Origin: Podarcis gaigeae
Lineage: Eukaryota
Assembly (NCBI GenBank): GCA_964106915.2
Contig: OZ066924.1
Strand: one strand, 5' to 3'
DNA: 64,000 nucleotides
Part shown: in pieces, positions 35,060-49,104 of the stretch
How positions within the stretch are numbered: position 1 is the first letter of the stretch
How the letters are laid out: the number at the start of each line of letters is the position of its first letter
The notes under the pieces: generated by a model
Seen by the model: the letters and a program-made list of their open reading frames with translations, nothing else
Told to the model about the DNA's origin: nothing
Databases searched by the model: none
Program-made: the position numbers and the translations under genes

Positions 35060-35880
35060 GCTGTGAGCCCCAAAACCCATCCCCCATGGAAATAAAGACA
35101 CAGTCGAGACAGAATTTAGTTTAAATGTTAATGGACATATTTTGGCCACAACTTTATTAAAATACACAAATGTGACTGGTATTGGCTTAGGCATTGGTAT
35201 CAAACTATATCTGACTTCCCGCAGGAAGCCTGGAAGAGTAAACAACCAGCAGGAGGATCTCCGTCAGTGTATATTGACTGGTGCTCACCCCTGGGGTTCC
35301 AGGGGTCCTGGCATGGCTCTAGCCCCTCTCCAGGCTTCGGACGAAATCCAGACCCCCAGATTCCTTTAACGGAATACCCTATTCATTGGAGGGGAAGGTG
35401 ATGGCCGCACCTCCCCTCCCCACATTCCCCTAAACCAATGCCTAACTGCCAAACCCTACAAAGTTGTGATGATTGCTAAGAGGTAGGCAAAAACCAAGTG
35501 GCACAGCCAATCTGCCACATTATGAAAAGTTTCTACCCAGCCCCCATTCCAAAATAGGTGACCAACCAAAGTCCAAAGCAAGGCCAAACACGACCTAATT
35601 AACGGGTGAGTGGGTGTTCGGCAGCATGAAGCAAAAGGAGGTCCCTACGTCACACTGCCAAATGAATACCCCTAGCCCCCAACCTTGCCACGCTGCTGAT
35701 TGGCTAAAGGCCATTGGCATAGCTGTGGCACCACTGGCTTGGAGCAGATTGGGGTGCCCACAAGCTGGTGGGCCCACAAGCCGGTTGGGGAGGAGTTTCA
35801 GGGCCGAGCACAACATGGACCCTCTGTTAGGAGGATCCAACTTGCCATTTGATCAGGAGAGATGGAACAGGAAAGACTGA
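35060..35880 (-). mobile_element. DIRS-like (tyrosine-recombinase retrotransposon) terminal region
   Basis: Minus-strand aataaagttgtggcc...tgtgtctttatttcc terminal signature and a 12-bp internal inverted complement (35187-35198 / 35434-35445). GC-richer than the flanks. Confidence 0.5.
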
Positions 35881-37005
35881 GCTGTTGGGCTTCTCCATTG
35901 GTTTTCTTAAGAGACCAACAGCCATGTTTGGATCCTCTTCTCTAAATCTTTTCATTACAGCTGGTCACTACAATATATCTGTAACTAGTGCTCAAGATTG
36001 CTTTTTCTCTCCTCCATCTCAGTCCTTTTCCTTTGTTGTCATGACTGTAATATTGTCAGTGTGTGGACTGTCTTATCACTGACATTTGTAGAACAACAGG
36101 ATATAACAACATTTCCCCTTGTGTAAGATCCCTTTGGACCTCTTTTTTCATTTTTTTGTTAGGTTCCTTGGAGACTTTTAGTCAAAGGTGATGTATGGAT
36201 ATCCAATTCAGTAAAGGTAGATACAATATTCAGCTGTCATTTCAAAAATTTTAACACTGAGGAAATTATGCTATTTTTTCTTTCATCTAAGACAACTAAA
36301 GTGTGTCATTGGCATTCTATTAATAGATAGCAAGAGGGGTGTCATATGGGGATATGGAATATGCAAAAGTAATTTATCATAAAATCGTGTATTAATGCAA
36401 ATACACAAGCTGCACAGAGCTACAAAAAAACTTGATTACAATTAGCATATAATAATTGCATCATAGTCTAGGTTTCATTACTATCTAGTATCTAAACCAG
36501 AATAAGCAAAGTGAGTGAAATAAACAGCCTTTTGTGGGTCTAAGTTGAATGTGTTTAATCAGGGTGAGTTTTAAATAGAACCCAAAGCCTAGTCATTTCA
36601 TACAGTATAATGGATTTCTTAATATCTTTACAGTGAAACAATATAGCTTAGTTACAATTATGAGTTTCAGCAGCCTCACTTGGACCACAATTCAGAGAAG
36701 CATCAAACACACAATTAGGTTTAAGTGTTTATTAAATTCTTTGGACTATTCACAGGTTTAAATATAGGACATCATTCATTCAATTTGCTTTTACAGAACA
36801 TGGGAAATGACCACATCATCAAATGTTTTAATTTAAGTTGGTTTGTAGGACTGACATGTTTTGGATCTATTTTGATTTTTTTATTCAGATAATGATATCG
36901 TCAGCTAACTACCCACACTATGTTAAGATCCAAATATTTTGGGTGACAGGGAAGGAAGGGAGAACATATATGGGGATCAGCCCATTGAACTCATTCTACA
37001 TCTGA

Positions 37006-37390
37006 GTAAAGGTAAAAGGTAAAGGACCCCTGGACAGTTAAGTCCAGTCAAAGGTGACTGAGGTTTCGGCGCTCATCTCACTTTCAAGCCGAGGGAGCCA
37101 GCGTTTGTCCACAGACAGCTTATCGGGTCATGTAGCCAACATGACTAAACCACTTCTGGCACAACAAAATACCATGATGGAAAACAAAACACATGGAAAC
37201 ACCATTTACCTTCCCACCACAGCAGTACCTGTTTATCTACTAGCACTGGTGTGCTTTCAAACCGCTAGGTTGACAGGATCTGGGATAGAGCAATGGGAGC
37301 TCACCCCGTCACGGGGATTCAAACTGCCGACCTTCGGATGGGCAAGCCCAAGAGGCTCAGTGGTTTAGACCACAGTGCACCAGCATCCCT
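37006..37390 (-). mobile_element. Sauria SINE (older)
   Basis: aaaggtaaaaggtaaagg tail, with body and tRNA head homologous to the other copies. Confidence 0.9.
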
Positions 37391-40368
37391 GGTTACACTA
37401 TAATTTGTGTAATAATAATTGCAGCCTAGTTCTTAAGCAGTGTAAAAAAAAAAAAATCAGTATATTTTTAATGTATTTTGATAGAAAGTGAGCATTATAT
37501 ATATTTGTACATTTAAATTTGTATAAAATGTGTATTTTGAAAAAGGGGTTTTATCTTTGCAAATTTAAAAAATGCATCGTTTAATGTGGGAATAACATAT
37601 ATAGACTATGAAAGTGACATAGATAGGAAACAGACAGATTCACCCATCACTATGTTTACTCACTGAATGAAAGTATCCCATAATATCAAAATCCTGACCA
37701 TGAACGAACAAACACAGAGGTGGATGTTTGAAATGAAACTACACCATAATGACCATCACTTTCAGCTACATGATAAGAAATACAGACATAACACACATCA
37801 GAAGGAGAAAGAAAATAATTCAGAAGAGTCATAGCTGAGGAAAGAGCAAAGCAATGCAGAAGTTTAGGATTGATGTATCTGTTTTATCTTGCTGCAGCTG
37901 AAGTGGGTGAACTAATCGACTCTGGACTGCTGTATAATAGAATGACTAAATATGTTTATGGACACATCAATTATCTGCAGATAGTGTACATGAAAGGCGG
38001 AAAACTTCAAAAAAGGTGATTGCTGCAAAAATATAAATTTGCTGACAGAGAGCCTGGAATCTTAGAAGGAACAAACTTGGAAAGCAAATGAAGAAAAGAA
38101 TATTATATCAAACAGATGAGCCTTCCTGAGAGTTTTCCCGTGATAGAGTCAAGGACCCCCATATCTAAGGTCCCCAGAAAAGAGACAAAGTGCTTTCTTT
38201 AGCTTCATGGTGGGGGGGGGGGGGATAGGATTGACACACTCTTGTATTCCTGATAAAATATGAAATTGAGCCAACACTGTTTCTTCAAGCCGCCGCCATC
38301 ACCGCCAAAAAATTAGCATGTGTTTAGCACACTTAGAGCGAAATGATTCTAAATCAAAAAGGCATTCCTTTTGAACTGTCATACTAATGTGGAAAAAATT
38401 ACTTCCCTGTCACTTTTCCTTGATAAGTAATTGAATCTTTTCTAGGTTTCATTTTACCCTGGTGTATTCGCCTCCAAAAATTCACAGATTCTAGACTTGA
38501 GTTATAAAAAGCCATATAGCATTTAAGTGTATACTGTATACCTGTGTTTCATTAACAAGTAATCCCTGAGTTGTCTATAAATAACGCTGAGTCAATAAGC
38601 GGTTAACAGCGCCGAAACTGAAAATACTATTGCATTGGATTGGCACGGCACTTATTTAAGGAGGGAAATATAAAGGTTGCTTGATGAGTACCAAGAGGCT
38701 TTTCTGCTCTAACAAGAGGTGTGATATCAGTTAAACTGTTTGCTCCTTGACAAGCTGGGGGAAGGGCGTGTGTGTTTCAAACAGAGCTTGACACCATTTT
38801 AACCCAGCCTGGAAATTAGCTTGAGAATTTTTATTAGCTCCCATTAAAAAAAACAAAAACAAAAAAAACCCAAAACAGCACATTCCAGCCAGCACTTTCA
38901 AACCTTAAAATGTCAGCCTTTACAAATCACCCAGGTCTCTGACTCCTGGCTGCATACATGCTACAGACCCGCATCATCTCCAAATCTTGTATTAAACATT
39001 CCTTTACAAATCTATTCGTCCCCATGGGTCCTGTGCAGGCAGCCTACAGGATTCTGCAGTGCTATCTCTCCAGCTTATTTCACTTTTGTAACTTGCCTAA
39101 TCCTGATCTCTCTTGTGGGCCAGCACATTGGACAGGCTACATGCATATGATAGACTTCACTGTGTCAGACATAGGCCCCAAACATAGGCAGTATGAGGGT
39201 GGAGCTGGCATGGGATTTGATCTGATGTTGGGAATGGGCCTCCTCCTTGTGTCCCCCTCCAAGCGAAGCTACTTACATGGAAAATATACCAACTGAATTG
39301 GATGAAGGCGTGCCTTTCTCCATTCGTCAGATTCATGTGTGCAATCTGTATTTCTTCCACTCCCTTTGAGTCTTCTTATTGTATTCCAGGCCTCTAAGAA
39401 TCCATGAAGCATTAATACACTACTTCTCACAAGGTTGAGGAGGCTTATCTGGGTTTTTTTTGGTGATCTCCAACTATATCTATTTTGTTTCAACTCTGGC
39501 AGAAGGATCAGCGTAGACATGGAATATGGTGAGAATAGGTGCCCAGAAGGCTATCTTGGTGGACAAGGCTGGATCCTGGAGCAGAAGAAGAATGGGAAGT
39601 GGAGATATTGTACAACCAACCAAGAGCATTTTATGGGTCTTATATGGGCAACCAAACTCACAATCACCCTGCTCATGCAGGAAAAATGGGTTACAATTTA
39701 TCAGTCACAAGTCAGGTACAGCTTATTGTGTTGCTATAGCTGAAGGTGTTACTATCACAGCAAGAAGACTATGTAGGATCATCTGTTTAGCGTGGCTAGA
39801 ACTACTTCCTCCATACTGGTCTGTTGTGCAAGGCTGAGGACGACTTAAACCCATTTGCAGAGTTCCCAAAAAAATAGACCAGAGGCAATTGTACTTCATC
39901 CAGCAGAGCTTTACTTGCTGAAGGCAAATGAGCATAAATGGTCACAAATCTAATACATTCAGGATTGGCACAGTCCATAAGAAATCCAGTTGCAGCAGAC
40001 TTATAATAAACTAACTTACAAAAACTTAATATAATAGTTAGCATGACCTTGACAGAAAGGCTAACAGAACCAGTTTAAACCAGCTGTACTCAGCTTCCCA
40101 GAAGGTATAACCCAAACATCAGAAACCTTCTGCCTGTTTCTTTCACATAGAAAGAAACCTTTCCAGAACACTCTTGAATTAAGCAGAATAGGAAAGATCT
40201 CCACACATCAGATCAATACTTTCTGTACTAAGAAATGTAAACTGACATGGTCTTAGGTGATGTTTGTATGTCATGTTCTTTTAATAGTGTTTGCAGATGC
40301 ACTGGAATAATCTCTAATTAGTAAGCAGTATCCAGAATTCAAATATGACCTTTGAAATAGGTTCTATA

Positions 40369-40591
40369 AGAAGAGAAGACTCCCTGGAAAAGACCCTGAT
40401 GTTGGGAAAGATTGAGGGCACAAGGAGAAGGGGGATGACAGAGGACGAGATGGTTGGACAGCGTTCTCGAAGCAACTAACATGAGTTTGACCAAACTGTG
40501 GGAGGCAGTGGAAGACAGGAGTGCCTGGCATGCTTTAGTCCATGGGGTCACGAAGAGTCGGACACGACTAAACGACTAAACAACAACAACA
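40369..40591 (+). mobile_element. BovB LINE 3' fragment
   Basis: agagaagactccctggaaaagaccctgatgttggg...ggggtcacgaagagtcggacacgactaaacgactaaa(caa)n. Confidence 0.93.
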
Positions 40592-40615
40592 ATAATGTGT
40601 GTTGGGTTGGTGTCA

Positions 40616-41020
40616 TGAAGAAGATTTATTGCTCAGATAAATCTTAGCGTCCAGCACGCCCTGGCTGCGTGGCTTCTGCTGGGTCCCGGCACTTCAAGGA
40701 TCACGTTCCAAGTCTCTGAGCAAACGTAGAGATCAGCAGCGGTAAGGGAAAATGCTGCAAAACTCAGTGCTTTCTTCCAGTGTGCTTAAATAAAGTCCAC
40801 TCAGGATATTAGCAGCTAGAAGCAGTTTTTTATTTACAGCAAACTATCCATTGTCGAACAGCATCGTGAAAACACGTCCACTCTCCTCAAAAGTGAAAGC
40901 AGAGAGGCAGAACAAAGGGTTTAGACTCTCGGATATGAGGCAGAATCTCCCCCCCTCCCCATAGTAGACAGGGCGTGCACTCTGAGCTGTTTAACCCTGT
41001 AAACTCAGGTTCCTCTCACA
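40616..41020. mobile_element. Solo LTR (405 bp)
   Basis: TG...CA termini with 5-bp TSD TGTCA (40611-40615, 41021-41025). Shares agcagagag..gaacaaagg with the LTR at 23103. Confidence 0.75.
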
Positions 41021-41844
41021 TGTCACACCAGGTTTCACGTTCTAGTACATTTTCAAAGTTAAGCTTTTAATATCGAATATAGGAATATGGAAGTTTTTAC
41101 ATGCTACAATTACAGCATCTAGGAAATAAATTGTGCAAAGCTTTATAAAGATTAATTGTATTTGTGATCAGAACCAGTGGGGGTTTGGGTGTAAAATAGT
41201 AAAGTTTTGATTATTGTTTGGGAAGAACGTGTTACGGTTAAACCTAATCAGGAATCTAGTATCTATTTCAAATACAAAAAAATCCTGCAAATTTTAGAAC
41301 AATTACCTTGATACAGCAGGAAAATTAGCAGTAGTTTAGATAATATATGAACCAATTGGGGTTGTGAAAAAGCAATAAATTTTCTCTATAGCAGTAAGGG
41401 TTTGAATTTTAATGTTCACTAAACTTTTAAACAACTCCGATGTCTCATAATGGAAGATCTACTGTTTCTTTTTCTTCCTTTAGCACTTTTTAAAGTGTCC
41501 TACCCCCTTTGTAATATTTATGTGTCTGAAGTAAGTCTGCACATATTGTTTTCAGACTGAGAGCTGCACCTCACTTTCAGGGGCACCATGCTTGTGGCGG
41601 CTGTGGCCAGAGGCAGAGGAAGATGGAGCAGCGGATGTGACTCTTAGCTTTGTATGGCAGACCACTTTACAGCTCTGCAAAAGTCCCAAGTTTCCACACA
41701 AACATATCTCCCCTTCCTTCATCCATGCCACCTTAAAGTCCAAGGACACATTCCAGTCAGACAAAAACACTGATGAAGGCCAGCCTATGCAGTGCGGGGC
41801 AGGGTGGAGGCTGATACACTTGCCCCAGGTCTCAGATGGCTAAA

Positions 41845-41845
<1 letters not shown>

Positions 41846-41896
<51 letters not shown>

Positions 41897-42030
41897 TTAT
41901 TTTTTATAGACCACCTATCTGGCGGAGTTTCCCCAACCACTCTGGGCAGCTCCCAACAGAATATTACACCATAAAACTTCAAACATTGAAAATTTCCCTA
42001 AACAGGGCTGCCTTAAGATGTCTAAGCAAG
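41846..42030 (-). mobile_element. L2-type LINE 3' end with (ATT)n tail
   Basis: (AAT)n at 41847-41896, then ccacctatctggcggagtttccccaaccactctgggcagc..ccctaaacagggctgcctt. Confidence 0.72.
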
Positions 42031-42616
42031 TGTTTCCAAATGTTTTTTGGAAGCCAAACAAATGTCCAATGCGCTTGTCAGCTATTGTTTCCAGGGCGCC
42101 TGCACCAATCAGAAGCCGCAACTTGGATTTTGAACATTTCGGAAGTCAAACGGACTTCTGGAACGGATTAAGTTTGGCGCCTTTGGTTTTGCTATTTATT
42201 TTGTGTTTTTGTTTTTGAAGGTATTTTTGTTTAATTTGTTTTTGTGACTGTGTGGAACCCAGTTCAGCTACTGCTTGTGTGACTGCGGAAAGCGATAAAA
42301 GCCCCCCATCCAAACAATGACCATCATAAGTGCAGGTAAGAAAAAATAATAATCTTTATTTTTATCATCTACAATACTTTCTTATTTATTTTATTGTACA
42401 GTACATTGATGATTGCTTTTATTTTATGGATCCATGGTCTCATCAGATAGTAAAATTCATGTTAAATTACTGTTTTAGGGGTTGTTTTTTGAAGCATGGA
42501 ATGGATTAATCCATTTTGCATTACTTTCTATGGGAAAGAGCGCCTTGGTTTTGAAGTGCTTTGGTTTTGGAACGGACTTCCGGAACGGATTAAGTTTGAG
42601 AAGCAAGGTACCATTG
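42030..42616. mobile_element. Tigger-like non-autonomous element, left end missing
   Basis: Right end aaggtaccattg+TA, the same TIR type as 8739-8947. Repeated aacggacttcyggaacggattaagttt. Confidence 0.75.
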
Positions 42617-45613
42617 TATTATTTATTATTTATTATTTGTTATTTATATTTATTATTAATAGTTTGGCAGGTGCCTGGCAATGCTGAACCCTGTGCCAGC
42701 TCTATCTGGCTAGGCAACTAGTTTACCTTTACTTATAAGGTACGAAGTATTGTATGATATAGGATCAACTTTCAATGAGCAGCATGAAGCAGAGGAATTA
42801 TAGAAGCAGAAGAAGCTGGTACTGGGATGGGGGTTGTTGTAGGAATAGATCCTTTCCTTAGATTGCTTCTGAGAGCTGAAGACATGTCCATGGGTTAATT
42901 TTCCTTCACCATTGCCTGCATCATCAACATCATCATCATCATCAGTGATTATCATAATGTCATGGACTATTAGCAGCGATTAATATCTGGAGAATATTGC
43001 CAGTTTGTATAGCCTGCCATTGTGCATATGGTTATTCTAATTGCCATTTGTGGCAAGGAAAGCAATCCGTAAAATATTTCATTGCTCCAGATATAAGGAC
43101 ACAGCTTATTATAATCTTTATTGCTCAATCAGAATAGTTTTAAGCTAAGAATGGCTTTTAAAGAGAGCTCAGATGAGATCTTTAGTTCAAATAATGATTT
43201 GTCTTTTTGTGATTTAGGTTTGCTGGATGCCATACGGGAAATACGGTGGACTGACTAAAGAACTTGACAGGGGGAAAGCATGCATTAGGCTCTCCTGCTG
43301 TTGTTTGGCTTTTGAAAGGAATGGTGCGTAGAATGAAGCATTAACTTTTTGGTCCATTTATTTAGTAGATTTATTACTAAGCATAAACCATTTATTTTTA
43401 AATAGATACTAGAGCTCAAAGAGCTCAGTTTCTTTCTGGCAAAACATACTACTTAGCATAGCTTTATGAGGACAAGAAATGCTAGCACAGCATGGGATAG
43501 GCATTCTTCTAAATGCAGGTTAAAATATGCTAATAACTGCAAATGCTATTCTACTATTTGTGCATCTACAGAATTATGTTCTGCATTTATATAGAATAAT
43601 TAGAAGATGTTTATAACTAAAAATAAAAATGCAAGGATTTTTTTGTCTTTTAAGAATAAGGTCAACCATGATCAGAGTTTGGTGTCTTAATTCCACATTT
43701 TTAATTGAACACAAACTAATATTAAGGACCCTGGAGCAAGTTATTATTATGGTGCTGCATTGTCTCACTTGGCACACAAATTAGCCAAAATATCATTGGA
43801 TGAATAATGAGAGGCAATTAAGTGTATTGCTTTGTTTCAAAATAATATAAATATGAAGGCACCAAGTCCCTTTAAACTTGTAAAAGTGAGATTATTTCTG
43901 TCATGTTTTTCAAAATTACTTTTTCCGTGTGGCAAGCTGAAGGAGAGAGAGAAAAAACTGGTTTAATTCAAATGAGGTCACAGCTGCTACTGAGAGGGGT
44001 CATGATTTACTGGTGTGGGCACACTGGGATGTTAGTACAAGTTTTTCAGAGTAGCCGGGGCTGGCCCAAGACACTTTGCTGCCTGAGGCAAAACAACAAA
44101 TGGTGCCCCTCTTCACAAGTTGAAATACATAGTACCGAAGGCCATTCAAATTATTTTGGTACTTGAGGCAAAAAGTGTAGCAAAACCCTTGCTTGCTCTC
44201 AATCTTGGTAGTAAAAAAAATACATCAATAATAAACAAGTAGCACTTTGCTGCTCTTTTGTGACACCCAGAATCTGTTGTCTGACACAATGGCTGCATTC
44301 TGCCTACTGAGGGCAGGCTTCAATGGGCCTCCATCTCAGAATTTCTTATATGAGCCCTAGAGCATTCATTCACATCAGGGTATTCTGGGTAATCTGATGG
44401 GGACCACTTGCCAATAATGGACACAGCCAAAGGCAAAAGTGGGCAGAAGAATAGATATCAATTTTATCTCTGACAGTTGTCTAGTTTATACACCCATTTA
44501 CATGCTACTCTCTGTCCTCTATCAAGCCAGGCAAGAAGCTTTATCAAAATTATATGACCCATTCCAGCCAGAGGGCAAAGAAGGAGAATGTTTGGCATGG
44601 ATAAAGTCATATAGTGAGGTCTCAAAGACCACATTTGCCCTCCAAACCTGGGACTCCCCATCCCTGCCCTTGGAAGTCAGGGATGTTTATTCAATCCATA
44701 GTTTTTTTCTAGAGCTATCCCTTACAACAATGGCCCAATTTCCTGTACTTGCCTCACCACTTGGCTCCTCTCTCCTTTTTATCAGTCGTCCTCCTTGTCT
44801 CTTCTCCTTTTGCTCTTCTCCTAGCTCTGCTGTGTCAAGTGCTCAAGTTCAGGGCTCTTCCTTCTTCCACTGAACTGTCTTGCTCCTCTGCATCCATAAA
44901 GCGATTGCTTCTGGGCTGGTGCCAGGGTCTGAAGACCAGTGCTATTGTTGAAGCCCCAAAGCAGTGCTTGTGGTTGTTGCAGCAGTTCCTCCTCCATGCT
45001 TTCTCTGCCACCACTACCTGCTACTAGGCTCGTGGATGCACAGTTGTGGCATATTTGAATGGAAGTGAAGCTTGGCTCCCATTCATGGTGGCAGCATCAG
45101 GAGGGCACCATATTGGCTACTGTTGTCTTTTCCCACTGTCACTCCCCACTAGGGAGTCAAATTCAATTTGGTTCTTATTTAAAGGCAAATCAACACTTTC
45201 GGGGGGGGGGGGATGAGATAAATAAACGCAACCATCCTTTTAATCTCTCGTTTATCCAAAATTTTGTCATGCAGTTCTCAAACCAAGCAATGTTTTTTAA
45301 AATGCATATGTTAGAGTAAGGCATGCATCAGTATTAATATAATAATGAAGATAGCATAGAAAATGCATAATGTTAAGGTCAAAACTGCACACACACAAAA
45401 TGTATTTGTTAGGAGTACTTTTGAATTTTCACGAGGATTCTTTTTTTAAAAAAAATAACACCCTCCCTCTCAAATTGCTGTAGAAACATGGAGAAATGAA
45501 TTTAGGATTGGAAAAAAACGAGAAACTGAGAAAACCATCATTGACCAATCCTTCCAACCCTGCTCCTTGCAAACTAGCATTCAGTGGCATACTTTCTCTG
45601 AATCTAAAGATGC

Positions 45614-46247
45614 CACGGCCATCTTTAGCATATGCGCCGCCGGGATGCAAAGATCCGCCCAGCGCCCCCAAATTTTATTATGCTTATGTCAGACACCACA
45701 CTTACGCCTTATCTCTTGTTGAAGGGAGGTAAAAGAAACAAACTTTTTTATTTGCTCATTTATTTACAATACACGTATACTTAAGTATACAACACCACCA
45801 CACTTAAACTTATAAGTATTGTTTAGGCACCTACTTTGGTGAAACATCAGTCGTGCCAAAGGTGCCTCTGACTCCGCTGCCACATTGCAGCTCAATACAA
45901 TACGTAACACAATATTTTGATGTAAGAGTTAATTTCGCATGCGCGGCGCCGTTGAGAATGACAAGCACCGTCATTCAGTCTGACAAGCACCGCCGCTGGC
46001 GTGGCGCATCTTTGGTAAATGAGCACACAAAGTTGAAAGTCCTTTAGTGAAACAGTAGATATACATTTCAGTAATAACTAGGTATATATGTATTTTGTTT
46101 CTCTAGCTTGATCAAAATTATTTATTATTTCATAACAGGTGGACAGTTAAGAGCTTAGGCGGCTTCAGCGGCGGGCGCCTGGTGCCCCCCAGATTTCGGT
46201 GCCCGGGTGCCCTGCACCCCTTGCTCCCCTGGGTAAAGACGGCCCTG
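45614..46247. mobile_element. Non-autonomous hAT transposon (634 bp)
   Basis: TIRs cacggccatcttta / taaagacggccctg. Perfect 8-bp TSD AAAGATGC (45606-45613, 46248-46255). CpG-rich subterminal regions. Confidence 0.9.
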
Positions 46248-47457
46248 AAAGATGCAGCAATTACGATGTGAAAAATGTGTGTGGCTTTTGTTTCTCAGGA
46301 CTATCTTCTCCGACATGCTTAGTACATAAGAATTGAGTGCTCTACTATTAATCTTCCCCACTCCATTGCGAGATTCAGTGATTCCTATCAGGTACTGAAG
46401 GAACACCACCCACTAGGAGTCACATTTGCATGCTCTGCTGAAAAAGGTCTGCCTTGTTATGAGTGCTTGAGTACCTGCTGTGAAGCAGAGGTGAGGAGAC
46501 TTTAACCACCTGCATGTGTTCAGACTCTAAAAAGGCTTGAGAGACAGTTGTTGTGCATACTATCAAAATAATTGAAACAATAAGGAGGCTCTCTAGACAA
46601 TGACCTCTTGTTGCAATGTCACTGATTTCTAGTCTCAGAAAACGAGTAAGAGCAATTCACTTACCTCCAGAAGCCTTTCCCCTGCCTAAGTGTCCATTAT
46701 CTATACCTATGTTAGAAACGGCATTTTAAATATTCAAAAAGTCATCTTTCTTTCTTTCTTTTTTTACGTTAACATGGTATATTTGAGCTTCGCTCACACA
46801 TTAGGCCAGATCATGCCATTGCTTTGCTGCCAGGCCCCTCATGAAGTCTGAAAGGAAAGTTGTTTTTTGTGTTGGCAAATAATCCAGACAGCACCAGTTC
46901 ACCCAGAGAGACAGTGACGTGTTGCTGGGTCCAGATCTTGCAAAAGGTCTATTTATCCTGCCCTCAGATTAACACCAGACCCTGACTTGGCTTGAGCAAT
47001 GCCTGATTTTGGCTAAACTGCTGTTGGAAAAATAATGTTTTGAAAGTGACTGGTGCCAGTTCGAATTTGCATGCGTGTCCGAGTCCTTTCATTCCAAGGA
47101 ACAATCTGCATATGAACATCCTCCAAACAACAGCTTCTGATTCCAGAATGAAAATAGCAATGGATATATGCAGAGGCAGTTCTTAAGATCCCAACACTTG
47201 TTCCCCCTGAAGGTTCTTCATAGATAATGTGCCATATATTACAAGTTCAAGAAAAAAGATATGAGCAGCTGGGGCTCCCAGCCCTCCTGGTTTCATTTCC
47301 ATGCATATATGTTTCCTTGGCATAGATTAGGGTGGAAATGATAGTTCAAACCCTCCCCACACACCTATCAAGTGATAACCAATTAAAAAACACAACCGAG
47401 TTCGCTATTTCCTCTTATTCATTTGCTGCTTTATTTATACTTCTCCAATGCAGTGAT

Positions 47458-47826
47458 GGGACGTGGGTGGCACTGTGGGTAAAACCTCAGTGCCTAGGAC
47501 TTGCTGACCGTATGGTCGGCGGTTCGAATCCCCGCGGTGGGGTGAGCTCCCGTCGTTCGGTCCCAGCTCCTGCCCACCTAGCAGTTCGAAAGCACTGTTA
47601 AGTGCAAGTAGATAAATAGGTACCGCTTTATAGCGGGAAGGTAAACGGCGTTTCTGTGTGCTGTGCTGGTGCCGGCTCGCCAGAGCAGCTTCGTCACGCT
47701 GGCCACGTGACCCGGAAGTGTCTCCGGACAGCGCTGGCCCCCGGCCTCTTAAGCGAGATGGGCACACAACCCCAGAGTTTGTCACGACTGGCCCGTACGG
47801 GCAGGGGTACCTTTACCTTTACCTTT
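47458..47826 (+). mobile_element. Sauria SINE, young CpG-rich subfamily
   Basis: 11-bp perfect TSD AATGCAGTGAT (47447-47457, 47827-47837). B box ggttcgaatcc and (ACCTTT)x3 tail. Confidence 0.95.
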
Positions 47827-49104
47827 AATGCAGTGATATTGCTGCTTGCGATTTTATCATAATGGAACAAATTTTGAAAAATAAAGCAAAGTCCCGCTAA
47901 AGCACTCAGCTTTTTCGAATCTGTCCAGAACAACCTTTGCCAGTAATTTTAAGGAGAAAAGTACTCTCCTACTTTTGCTCAATATTTTGAAATGAACAGA
48001 TCAGTTTCACATGATGACGGCTTTATTATTTCTCTTCCATTCATTTATTTCTATATGGCATTTCTCATGTTTATTTTTTTATTACTCATTCTAGCTGTCT
48101 TTTTCCAGTGTTTTTCGGAAATATTTATGTGGGCTGCTTCTGTGACTAATTTGGACAAAGAACATTTTTATTGGACCTCATAATTATTTTTTAAAGCAAT
48201 TGCACTGTTATTAAGGAAGATCAAAGAAGGGTCTATTTCGTTTGTTGTCAGTGTTCCATTGACATTTAGAATTAGTCTTTCCAAAAGTAAAATGCATTTG
48301 AAATTAAAGAAATAACTTCCCTGGTTTGTTTATGGTTCTTTTTTCTCTGGTGTGGTTCTTTTCCCTTGTAACAAGTTTCCTTTAAGGCTGAGGGCATTCA
48401 AGGTTTCTTATCGGTTCTCCTTTAAACATTATGAGCCAAATAGCATCTTAAAAGCCTTCATCAGCATTAGGAGCAATAAACGGTTACAGCTTCTTGTGGA
48501 GAGATCTACGAGGGATAGCCTGAGATGGAGACAGAATTTCTCTTACAGATGCATAAAGCACAGTTGGGAGTGTCAACTGTCTCTGTTATTAGAATGAGTT
48601 GTGTTTTTCTCCTCACTATGAAGCTGAAATGGGAAATGGACTGAAAAGGAAGAGAGTAATATTGTTGATTAATTCATGCCCTTAAGGTGCAGTGCAAAGG
48701 CAGCTATTTGGACTAGGCAGCGAATGAAATAAGGATATGGATAAATGCTCTTTTGGATAGGCATAAGTACCCAGCATAGTGGATGAGGGAGAATGCTCAA
48801 GGAGCACAGGACTTATAGCAGGGATCGCCAATGAGATGCCTGCGGGCACATATGTGCTCCCAGAGGCCTTCCTTGGTGCCCACAGTGTTCCCTCCTCTGC
48901 TGAAATTAGTCTTGAAAGAAGCATTCTATTGCAGCCAATAGAATAGGTTGCAGTGAGCATGGGGTTGCTGTATGTATTTATATGTGACACTACATGTAGC
49001 ATCAAATTGTGTGTTCAGCCTGTCTAAAGGTTGAAGTAGTTCTGATCAGTGTTCCATATCTGCAGTTAGTGGCTGGTTAGAGGGACTATAGTCTAGAGTA
49101 GAAG

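Noticed and set aside
39435-39837. Three overlapping 66-103 aa ORFs
   Set aside because: No domain motifs or splice structure recognised.
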